Part shown: positions 1 to 7,915 of the stretch, one piece after another | Position numbering within the stretch: the stretch's first letter is position 1 | Layout: each line of letters begins with the position of its first letter | Assembly (NCBI GenBank): GCA_965204135.1 | Contig: CBDBDX010000012.1 | Coordinates: 35,503 to 99,502, forward strand | Origin: Dehalococcoidia bacterium | GTDB taxonomy: Bacteria; Chloroflexota; Dehalococcoidia; Lucifugimonadales; Lucifugimonadaceae | DNA length: 64,000 nt | Direction: 5' to 3' | Position numbers and translations under genes: made by a program | Notes under the pieces: model-generated | Told to the model about the DNA's origin: nothing | What the model saw: the letters and a program-made list of their open reading frames with translations, nothing else | Database searches by the model: none

Positions 1-81
1 GGATGACGGAGGGGGAGATTGAGGCGGTTGTGGGTTGAGACGGCGAATACGGTAGAAAATCTAGTGCTCTAAAATCGCTCT

Positions 82-1426
82 ATGCCGCCTTCTACCGTTC
101 AGTCCACCCTTCCCATCGCGCGATCCAGAGAAGAGTCCACTTCACCCACTTCGAATGCGCGCATGAACAGTCTGCTGCCGAGCGACACGGCGGCGCACGA
201 CTGGTATCGGTTCGTGTTGTCTTTCCCGCCTCATTTGGTTCGGGATTACCTAGCGCGGTTTGGCGTGACAAATGAGAACGTTGTTCTTGATCCGTTTTGC
301 GGAACTGGGACGACTTTGGTTGAGTGCAAAAAACTCGCCATCCCGAGTGTGGGCGTTGAAGCCTTGCCGAGTTCGGCATTTGTCGCCAATACCAAGGTTG
401 ACTGGTCGGTTGATTCTCAATCGTTAATAGCGCGGGCCAATCGTGCGTCGGAACGCGTGACTAGGCAACTGCTCGCCGAGGGCATTTCGGATGAACCGAT
501 CAATGACGGCATTGATGCCGCGAAGTTGCGGAAACTACCACCCGCGGCAGCGAAACTGATCTTCAAAGATGCCATAAGCCCGTTGGCACTGCATAAAACG
601 TTGGTTTTGCTTGAAGAACTGGAGCGACACAGGACCGATGAATACTCGGATCATGAGATGTTGGCTCTGGCATCGGCGATCGTCGGCGACATTTCGAATC
701 TGAAGTTTGGTCCCGAAGTGGGTGTAGGTAAGGTCAAGCATGACGCGCCTGTGGTATCAGCGTGGGTTCGCCGTGTGGAGAAGATCGCATTTGACTTGTC
801 CGTGTTGCCCGATACAGGCGCATCGGGCGCAAGTGCATTGGGGTGATGCGCGCCGAATAGACGAAATTCTAGCTCCCAACTCCGTCGACGCGATAATAAC
901 GTCACCTCCTTACCCGAATGAGAAAGACTACACTCGAACGGTCCGCATTGAGTCGGTGATACTGGGTTTTTTCGAGGATCGGATGGACCTTCGTTCAACC
1001 AAGCAACATCTCCTGCGGTCGAACTCCCGGACGGTCTACAAAGATGATCACGATGACGATTGGTTGCCGACTGGTTCTCGTGTGCACCAGTTGGCGGACC
1101 GAATCGAGGCCCGCCGCATCGAGTTGGGCAAGACATCTGGTTTTGAGAAGCAGTACTCACGCATCGTGAGATTGTATTTCGGCGGAATGGCCCGGCACTT
1201 GCAAAGTCTCTCCAAGATTTTGAAACCCGGAGCTAATTTGGCGTACGTTGTCGGTGATCAAGCATCCTTTTTCAGGATCATGATACGAACGGGACAATTG
1301 TTGGCTGAGATCGCCGAAGCGATCGGGTACGAGGTTGAAGGGATCGACCTATTCCGCACGCGTCTTGCGACTGCCACAGGAAAACAACTGCGTGAGGAAG
1401 TTCTGCTATTGAGGTGGCCGGGATGA
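82..1426 (+). pseudogene. N6-adenine/N4-cytosine-type DNA methyltransferase, reading frame broken (+1) between about 811 and 836 (ORFs 82..846 and 740..1426)
   Basis: ORF1 has AdoMet motif I (VLDPFCGTGTTLVECKKL). ORF2 has GDAR...SVDAIITSPPY (motif IV) and LKPGANLAYVVGD. The halves lie in different frames and overlap at 740-846. Confidence 0.7.
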
Positions 1427-2223
1427 CGAGTGGCGGTTCGGCAAGCGGAAACAATTACGCGCGAATCATCGAAGAGATTTTTACTTCCCGCTATAGATCA
1501 GGTGACACGTCAGTTCCGTTCGAGCGTCGAGAAATCGCGGATACGGCACGAAGGCTCGGGATTGACATCCCTAAGAACGTAGGCGATCTCGTCTACTCGA
1601 TTAGGTATCGGATGCCAATGCCCGAAACGATCGCTGTAACGGCGGCCGCTGATAGAGAGTGGACGATCATGCCCGCTGGCCGTTCTGTGTACGAGTTCCG
1701 TCAGGTGAGGTTCAGCGAGATCAGACCCAACGAGCAGTTGATGCGAACCGATATACCTGATGCAACACCGGGCGCAATCGTGCTATACGCGTTGAGCGAC
1801 GAACAGGCGTTGCTGGGCACCGTTCGTTACAACAGATTGATTGACATCTTCACAGGTTTGACATGCTATTCGTTGCAGAACCATCTTCGGACATCGGTGC
1901 CCATTTGGAACCCGATCCGCCAACGCGAAGAATCGACTCAAGTCGAAATGGATGAGCTCTATGTCGGTATCGACAAACATGGGCAACACTACGCGATTCC
2001 CGTTGAAGCCAAGAGCGGGAACGATTCTCTAAACATCGTCCAGATCTGGCAAAACGCTCAGGTATGTCGTTCCAAGCTTGCCAGATTGCCGATACGATGT
2101 GTCGCTGTGCAGGCGATAGCGGATTCAGTTATCGCCCTCATCGAGCTACAAGCGCCTGATATCGACAACATTGCGGTTGTAGAAGAGAAGCACTACCAGT
2201 TGGTTGTTCCCGACGAAGGCTGA
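1423..2223 (+). CDS. putative type II restriction endonuclease (PD-(D/E)xK fold)
   Basis: ATG 1423 overlaps the methyltransferase TGA (ATGA, 1423-1426). GID-x10-VEAK fits the D...ExK nuclease motif. The call rests on position next to an MTase. Confidence 0.5.
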   Translation: MTSGGSASGNNYARIIEEIFTSRYRSGDTSVPFERREIADTARRLGIDIPKNVGDLVYSIRYRMPMPETIAVTAAADREWTIMPAGRSVYEFRQVRFSEIRPNEQLMRTDIPDATPGAIVLYALSDEQALLGTVRYNRLIDIFTGLTCYSLQNHLRTSVPIWNPIRQREESTQVEMDELYVGIDKHGQHYAIPVEAKSGNDSLNIVQIWQNAQVCRSKLARLPIRCVAVQAIADSVIALIELQAPDIDNIAVVEEKHYQLVVPDEG

Positions 2224-2306
2224 CGCATTTACGAAAAGTACTGCAGCTCTCAAATCCTAGCCGTGGTTCTCATAACGAGAGGTAGAGAGTGCGCATTGCA
2301 ATCAGA

Positions 2307-2744
2307 CTAATCATATTCCCACAGCGTCCCTCGCTCCGAGTCGCCCTTCAGATAGGCGAACAGCGGTTCGCGCATCATCCGATACTGCAACTTTTCTACA
2401 AGCTGGATGGCCTCGGGCAAGGGGACAAAGCGGCAATCAGTAACGAGACCGTCGGGATCGTCAGGTTTCGGCGTGCCGCGCCATCGCGCTACGCTGAACG
2501 CAATCGCGATGGAATCGCCGTCGTTGTGCACGAAATTGACGACGTACTCGAGCGAGCCGACAGTTAGCACTTCAATGCCGGTCTCTTCCTGCACCTCGCG
2601 TTTTAGGGCATCGACTAGCATCTCGCCGTCTTCAACTACGCCGCCGGGTGCCGACCAGCTCGGAGCAACGTCATCCTCGCCCTTCTGTTTGATCAAAAGG
2701 ATCTCGTCGCCACGGTGAATCAGGGCGACGACAACGATGCTCAT
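2307..2744 (-). CDS. NUDIX hydrolase
   Basis: Complete Nudix box GVVEDGEMLVDALKREVQEETGI. Internal start MSIVVVAL at 2744 overlaps the upstream TGA (ATGA). The longer track ORF is an out-of-frame overlap artefact. Confidence 0.85.
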   Translation of the reverse strand: MSIVVVALIHRGDEILLIKQKGEDDVAPSWSAPGGVVEDGEMLVDALKREVQEETGIEVLTVGSLEYVVNFVHNDGDSIAIAFSVARWRGTPKPDDPDGLVTDCRFVPLPEAIQLVEKLQYRMMREPLFAYLKGDSERGTLWEYD

Positions 2745-3931
2745 CGATACCCCGGCCCTCGACCGCGCTCCCAGCTGTGCGCACGTGCCACTTCTTCGTC
2801 TAGTTCTACGCCCCAACCGGGTTTCGTGGGAATATCCAGCAGACCTCCATCGTGGAAGTTCAACGGCCCACCCGTGAGATCGTCCTTCCACGGCACGTCG
2901 TCGATGTCGATCTCGCAGATGCGAACGTTGGGCAACGTTGCGCACAGGTTGATCCCTTGCATCGTGGCCAAGTGCGAGTAGTAGTTGTGAGGAGCGACGT
3001 TGATCTCGTGAGACTCTGCTAGCATCCCGACATCTCGACCGCGGGCGAAGCCCTGCCAAGGAACATCGATCATCGCTATGTCCATCGCACGCGCTGCGAA
3101 GTACGGCCGGTAGTCGCGGATAGTGAACAGGTTTTCGCCCGAAGTGATCGGGCAACTTGTGCTGTCCTTCACCTCTTTGAGCCCGTCGACCTCGTACATG
3201 TCGATCTCTACCCACATCATGTTGAACTGCTCTAGAACTGCGCAGATCTGCTTCGCCGCTTGAGGCTTCACGTTGAAGTTCAGATCAAGCGCAATCTCGA
3301 CGTCCGGCCCCACCGCCTCTTTGAACGTGCCGATGTATTTCTCGACGTGGGAGAGCAAGGCGGGTTTTATCGTCTGGTCCGGTGCATCGGTGCCGAACCC
3401 GTATCCGTAACCCAAGTTGTCGTCGTCGAAAAAGATGATGTTCGTCTTAAGCGCTTTGAAGCCTCGCTCCTTCACCTCATGACCCAAATCGGTCACCGCT
3501 TGAAAAGAGTCCATCGGTGGCACGCCGATGAGTTCATGATTGCGTGAGCGAGAGGAGCCGCAGTGTGACCAGTAGACTTGCTGCTGTTCGCGAGTGGGCC
3601 CGCCGAACAAACTGTGGACCGGGACGCCGAGTGCCTTGCCTTTGACGTCCCAGAGAGCCAGCTCAACACCAGCGATCGCCTTCGCCGCGATTCCGCCCGG
3701 AGACTGCCGCGCCATCCGGTACATGTCCCAGTAGCGTGCCTCTACTGCTAATGGGTCTTGTCCCAATAGGATCGGTTCGAAATCGTTCACGGTGCCGATG
3801 ATGCCGTACGGATTACGACCGTCCGACATCTCACCGTACCCCGTTATGCCCTCGTCGGTGCGCACCGCGCAGAACTGCCACGGTCGCCAGCCGGCATCAA
3901 CCACGAACGTCTCGATCTCAGTTATTCGCAC
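2741..3931 (-). CDS. enolase superfamily protein (mandelate racemase/muconate lactonizing family, acid-sugar dehydratase-like)
   Basis: N-terminus MRITEIETFVVDAGWRPWQFCAVRTDEGITGYGE and about 396 aa are typical of MR/MLE members. Confidence 0.85.
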   Translation of the reverse strand: MRITEIETFVVDAGWRPWQFCAVRTDEGITGYGEMSDGRNPYGIIGTVNDFEPILLGQDPLAVEARYWDMYRMARQSPGGIAAKAIAGVELALWDVKGKALGVPVHSLFGGPTREQQQVYWSHCGSSRSRNHELIGVPPMDSFQAVTDLGHEVKERGFKALKTNIIFFDDDNLGYGYGFGTDAPDQTIKPALLSHVEKYIGTFKEAVGPDVEIALDLNFNVKPQAAKQICAVLEQFNMMWVEIDMYEVDGLKEVKDSTSCPITSGENLFTIRDYRPYFAARAMDIAMIDVPWQGFARGRDVGMLAESHEINVAPHNYYSHLATMQGINLCATLPNVRICEIDIDDVPWKDDLTGGPLNFHDGGLLDIPTKPGWGVELDEEVARAHSWERGRGPGYR

Positions 3932-4090
3932 GGTTCAACTCCTGAATTTGCTGTTCGAATTACGGGTTACCAGTGGACTGGATGTTAGCCTAATTCGACG
4001 TTTCGACCTTGCTCGTTGATCTGTCGGCGATAATGGTAGCTACAGGGAATTAGTCCCTCGAAGAATCACCTTAAACGCATCGGGCCCGCA

Positions 4091-4756
4091 ATGGCTATCG
4101 AGCGAATAACTCCTGACACCTCCATATTGAGCGACGCCAACGGTTACGAACCGGAGATGTTCGATCGTGGGCGAACTCTCGACCGCGCGACAAAGGCTCG
4201 CATCGCTGACAGCGTAAACAAAATCCTTGCCGCGATCGGTCCAGAAAATCTCGATCCACAGGGCACTGAGCGAACGCCCTTGCGCGTTGCCGAGATGTTC
4301 GATGAGTTGCTGAGCGGTTACTCCATCGACCCCGACCAACTATTGAACGGGGCGCTTTTCGACGTTGAATACGATCAGCTCGTAGTCGTGAAGTCGATTG
4401 AGTACTACAGTCTTTGCGAGCATCACCTGCTGCCGTTCTATGGCTACGCCCATGTCGGATACCTGCCCGACAGGAAAGTGATAGGCCTGTCGAAGATACC
4501 CCGTATCGTGGATATGTTCGCCCGCCGGCTGCAAGTCCAGGAGCGGATGACGCAGGAGATCGCGCGCTTTCTTGACGCGCTCATCGAACCGAGGGGTGTG
4601 GGCGTTGTGGTCGAAGGCACTCACATGTGCACCGTGATGCGGGGCGTCCGCAAGCAAGACCCGAAGATGGTTACCAGCGCGGTGATGGGATCGTTGCGCG
4701 ACAACACAGCGACGCGCGACGAATTCATGGATCACCTTCGAAACACGTCGGTTTGA
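4091..4756 (+). CDS. folE: GTP cyclohydrolase I
   Basis: GTERTPLRVAEMF, SLCEHHLLPFYG, SKIPRIVDMFARRLQVQERMTQEIA. Confidence 0.9.
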   Translation: MAIERITPDTSILSDANGYEPEMFDRGRTLDRATKARIADSVNKILAAIGPENLDPQGTERTPLRVAEMFDELLSGYSIDPDQLLNGALFDVEYDQLVVVKSIEYYSLCEHHLLPFYGYAHVGYLPDRKVIGLSKIPRIVDMFARRLQVQERMTQEIARFLDALIEPRGVGVVVEGTHMCTVMRGVRKQDPKMVTSAVMGSLRDNTATRDEFMDHLRNTSV

Positions 4757-4805
4757 GCCCCTTTCCCGCGCACGCGGGAATCCAGAGGGGGACAGGGCTC
4801 CCTCA
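4755..4805. repeat. G/C-rich nested hairpin element between convergent folE and NIPSNAP genes (ttcccgcg-ca-cgcgggaa inside gagccc...gggctc)
   Basis: Inverted repeats read directly. The tail cgggaatccagaggg recurs at 58231-58246. Confidence 0.6.
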
Positions 4806-5420
4806 CTGCAACGGCGAGAAGCCCATCGGAAGCAAGAGCTTGTTGGCCTGTGTGAGCGGAGCGATGCCGCCCGGAGGGGGCCATACGCCTTTGGCGCGAG
4901 TTTCTTCGCGGATGGCGGCGCGTTGGTCGTAGCTCTCGTATGCCCACATGTGTATCCAGGTGTTGAGCGCGCCGAGTTCGGAATACCAAGCGCCGACCAG
5001 CGGTGAGTACTTTTCTCGTTCCTCGATGTGGTTGCCCCAGATTTCGATCACTTTCGGGATGTCCGGCGGCTCGTAGGTGTAGATGCGCATTTCGTAAACC
5101 GGTCCCAGTTTCGCTTCGCCACGATTCTTCATGAAGGGCGCAGGGAGGAATATCTCGGAACGCATCTTACGTATGAACTCGGCGTTGTCCGGCGGCCAGA
5201 TCCCGTCCTCGGCGACCTGCGCGCGAATCTTCCTGCGCTGCTCCAGGTCCTCGTAGGGCCAGGCATGGACCACTTGGTTTATCGGACCGACTTCGGTGTA
5301 CCAGAATCCGAAGAGTTGCGAGTAGTTCTGGCGACCTTCTTTGATCTTCGCCGCCGCCCGCGCCTCGAACTCTGGCACAGCCCTGGTCTTAAGGTCATAC
5401 GTCCTGAATTCGTAGATCAT
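4803..5420 (-). CDS. NIPSNAP family protein (two NIPSNAP repeats)
   Basis: MIYEFRTYDLK... and VYEMRIYTYEP... repeats. Start at 5420 follows aaggaa. Confidence 0.7.
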   Translation of the reverse strand: MIYEFRTYDLKTRAVPEFEARAAAKIKEGRQNYSQLFGFWYTEVGPINQVVHAWPYEDLEQRRKIRAQVAEDGIWPPDNAEFIRKMRSEIFLPAPFMKNRGEAKLGPVYEMRIYTYEPPDIPKVIEIWGNHIEEREKYSPLVGAWYSELGALNTWIHMWAYESYDQRAAIREETRAKGVWPPPGGIAPLTQANKLLLPMGFSPLQ

Positions 5421-5485
5421 CTCATGTTCCTTGATTTTCTCCGCGCTGATTGCTCGAAGGCTAACATGAGGGCGAGTATGTCGAG

Positions 5486-6223
5486 ATGAAGATCGAAGGC
5501 ACAACTGCGCTCGTGACGGGCGCTTCGAGGCGGATCGGCAGGGCGCTCGCTCTGTCCTTGGCGGACAACGGTTGCAACGTAGCCGTCCACTACCACCGGA
5601 GCGAAGCTGATGCGCTTGAGACGCGCGATCGTGTGCGGGAACTAGGCATGATTGGCGAAGCCATTCCGGCTGATCTGGCCGACTCCGATGAGTGTGACCG
5701 CTTGTGGACAGAGACCGTCCGAATTGTTGGCGAAGTTCCTCGGATTGTCATCAACAACGCTTCGCTCTTCCGCCGCGTGAATCTCCGGGATGCTTCGGCA
5801 GGCGATTTCGACCGGGCGATGGCTGTCAACGTCCGTGCTCCGATGCTGCTCGCGCAATCCATGGATCGCGATCTGCCAGAGGATGCTGGCGGGAAAATCT
5901 TCAACATCAACGACCATCGCACCGTCTACCGATCCCGCTTCACTTACGCGGTTACCAATGCCGCGCTCACTGGACTAACCAAAGCGTTGGCGGTCAGCCT
6001 GGCGCCACGCGTTCAAGTGAATGAAATCCGTCTCGGCGCCATCCTGCCGACGGCCGACGACAGGTCATTGGATCCGGAATCGTACTCAAGCCGCACACTC
6101 GGGCCCGCACGCCGTTTGGGCACGCTAGAGGAGGTCTGCCAGGCCGTCATCAGCATCATCGGTAACGACTACATCAATGGCGCATCGCTCAGCGTTGATG
6201 GCGGTCTGAGCGCAATTGACTGA
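5486..6223 (+). CDS. SDR oxidoreductase, FolM/pteridine-reductase-like
   Basis: TGASRRIG fits the TGX3RXG signature. NNAS is present. The active-site region is YAVTN instead of YxxxK. Confidence 0.75.
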   Translation: MKIEGTTALVTGASRRIGRALALSLADNGCNVAVHYHRSEADALETRDRVRELGMIGEAIPADLADSDECDRLWTETVRIVGEVPRIVINNASLFRRVNLRDASAGDFDRAMAVNVRAPMLLAQSMDRDLPEDAGGKIFNINDHRTVYRSRFTYAVTNAALTGLTKALAVSLAPRVQVNEIRLGAILPTADDRSLDPESYSSRTLGPARRLGTLEEVCQAVISIIGNDYINGASLSVDGGLSAID

Positions 6224-6229
6224 TCGCAA

Positions 6230-6294
6230 CCTCCCCTTTTTGCGTAGCAAAAGGGGGACGCGGTGAGCGAAGCGAGACGCCGGGGGTTCATAAC
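6230..6294 (+). repeat. module-1 two-hairpin repeat, copy A
   Basis: cctcccctttttgcgtagcaaaagggggacgcggtgagcgaagcgagacgccgggggttcataac. Near-identical to 32096-32160 and 35371-35436. Confidence 0.85.
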
Positions 6295-6308
6295 ATAGCA
6301 TCGCCCTT

Positions 6309-6352
6309 GCTCTAAACCCCCTTCAATTCCCCCTTGGGCATCAAGGGGGAGG
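6309..6352 (+). repeat. module-2 hairpin repeat, copy A
   Basis: gctctaaacccccttcaattcccccttgggcatcaagggggagg. Present inverted at 30869-30913 and direct at 32188-32226. Confidence 0.85.
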
Positions 6353-6378
6353 ATTTTACATAGGTTTCGCAACTGTTT

Positions 6379-6407
6379 TTGCGTCGATAGCAGATTAGAT
6401 GTATCAT
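6379..6407 (+). promoter_or_regulatory. sigma70-like promoter (TTGCGT-17 nt-TATCAT)
   Basis: Hexamers and spacing read directly. It covers the first ATG (6399) of the track ORF, so a downstream start is more likely. Confidence 0.4.
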
Positions 6408-6449
6408 TTGCGCACGCGTGGACGGTTTCCCAATATGTGCCGTCCAAAG

Positions 6450-7142
6450 ATGAATGCTAGCAATCCGATGCGCAAGACGCTGGTCACAATCGACGGACAC
6501 ATCGGCTCAGGTGCTTTCGTAGTAGGCAGAAAGATCGCCCGAATGTTCGGTTGGCGGTACTTTGATCGTGTCCGCCTGCCTCTAATTGAAGGCTGGGAAG
6601 ACGACATCGACCTTGCTGTGGATATCTCGGATGGAGAGTTTTCGGACCGGCTCTGGGCATGGATCGAACGCGCGGCATCGTACTTCGCGGTTGGTGCCGC
6701 AGGTGACGATCCGTTGCTCCAAGGGGCGGCGGATATCCATCGGCCGCTTACATGGGACCGCAACGGACCAGCCACGTCTGAGTCGGCATATGACTTGACA
6801 CAGGTCGCGAGGGACGGCAACGCGGTAATCGTGCATCGTGCTGGCGCGGTGGAGCTCGCTGGCAACGAGGACGCGGCGCGCGTCGGCATCTTCGCCAACT
6901 GGGACGACCGCGTAAACCGCGTGATGCACCGCGAAGGCATCACCGACATCGCGCAAGCCGAACAGATCATCTCTGACCGCGAAAAAGCACAGCGCGATTA
7001 CTTCTTCAAGATGCACCAAGCCGACCCGGAAGATCCCGACATATACGATTTCGTGGTCAACACTTCCGACAACAACATCGACATCGCTACTCTAGAGGTA
7101 TCGCGTTACGTGAAGAACTCGCACGACCGCGTCCCTGCCTGA
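6450..7142 (+). CDS. cytidylate kinase-like family protein (P-loop NTPase)
   Basis: VTIDGHIGSGAFVVGRKIA resembles the Cytidylate_kin2 N-terminus. Start is uncertain (6435, 6450 or 6468). Confidence 0.55.
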   Translation: MNASNPMRKTLVTIDGHIGSGAFVVGRKIARMFGWRYFDRVRLPLIEGWEDDIDLAVDISDGEFSDRLWAWIERAASYFAVGAAGDDPLLQGAADIHRPLTWDRNGPATSESAYDLTQVARDGNAVIVHRAGAVELAGNEDAARVGIFANWDDRVNRVMHREGITDIAQAEQIISDREKAQRDYFFKMHQADPEDPDIYDFVVNTSDNNIDIATLEVSRYVKNSHDRVPA

Positions 7143-7195
7143 TCGCCGATCCTATTTATGCGTCTGGTGGTCGCGCACGTTCGTACGATACGCCG

Positions 7196-7915
7196 TCACA
7201 AAACACTGGACCTCGGCAACAACCCTTGGGCTATCATCTCTTCCGCCTCCCGCAGGTCTTTGTGACTGTCGACGGAGATCCAGTTCGCAACGGATCGGAT
7301 CGCGCGCATTTGTCCCGCCTCGACAATCTCGGGGAACGTTGTCGTTTCGTGATCGCCGACGTTGGGCAACTTTTCCTCGATACCTCGTTCGAAAACGTAT
7401 ATGCCGCCGTTTATCCAAAAGGGCAGTTCGGTCTTTTCGGCGAAGCTCGTCACCACATCGTCGTCCGACACGAGCACTACACCGAACGCGCTTACGTAGG
7501 GGACTAACGTAATTGCGGCGGTCGCGTTGTGACTCCGTCTCAGTTCAACCAGGGGCGCCAAAGGTTGGTCCGTCAACACGTCTCCGTTGACGACGACCAC
7601 GTCTGAGACGTCAGCCGGCACCAAGCTTAACCCTTGCCTAACCGCGCCGCCTCTGCCAAGGGGTTGGTCTTCTGGCGAATAGTGCGCATGAAATCCGTAG
7701 CGCGATCCGTCGCCGAAATGATCTTCCACTTGGGATGCCATATAACCGGTCAGGAAAACGATGTCGGTGATGCCGCTTTCACAAAGCCAATGCGCTTGAT
7801 GCTGGAGAAGTGGGACGCCATCGACCGGCACCATAGGCTTGCAGATGCTGTCCGTGAGTGGTTGGAGACGCTCGCCGCGTCCGCCGGCTATCGCCATTGC
7901 CCACATGTCAGTCAT
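7196..7915 (-). CDS. sugar-phosphate nucleotidyltransferase
   Basis: AIAGGRGERLQPLTDSICKPMVPV (the G-x-G-x-R-L motif). 8-nt overlap with the dnaX stop. Confidence 0.8.
   Translation of the reverse strand: MTDMWAMAIAGGRGERLQPLTDSICKPMVPVDGVPLLQHQAHWLCESGITDIVFLTGYMASQVEDHFGDGSRYGFHAHYSPEDQPLGRGGAVRQGLSLVPADVSDVVVVNGDVLTDQPLAPLVELRRSHNATAAITLVPYVSAFGVVLVSDDDVVTSFAEKTELPFWINGGIYVFERGIEEKLPNVGDHETTTFPEIVEAGQMRAIRSVANWISVDSHKDLREAEEMIAQGLLPRSSVL

Noticed and set aside
3932-4090. THF/folE-motif riboswitch upstream of folE.
   Set aside because: Only a short 5-bp hairpin (aggga/tccct) is seen, and I cannot match a riboswitch consensus by eye. A covariance-model scan would be needed.
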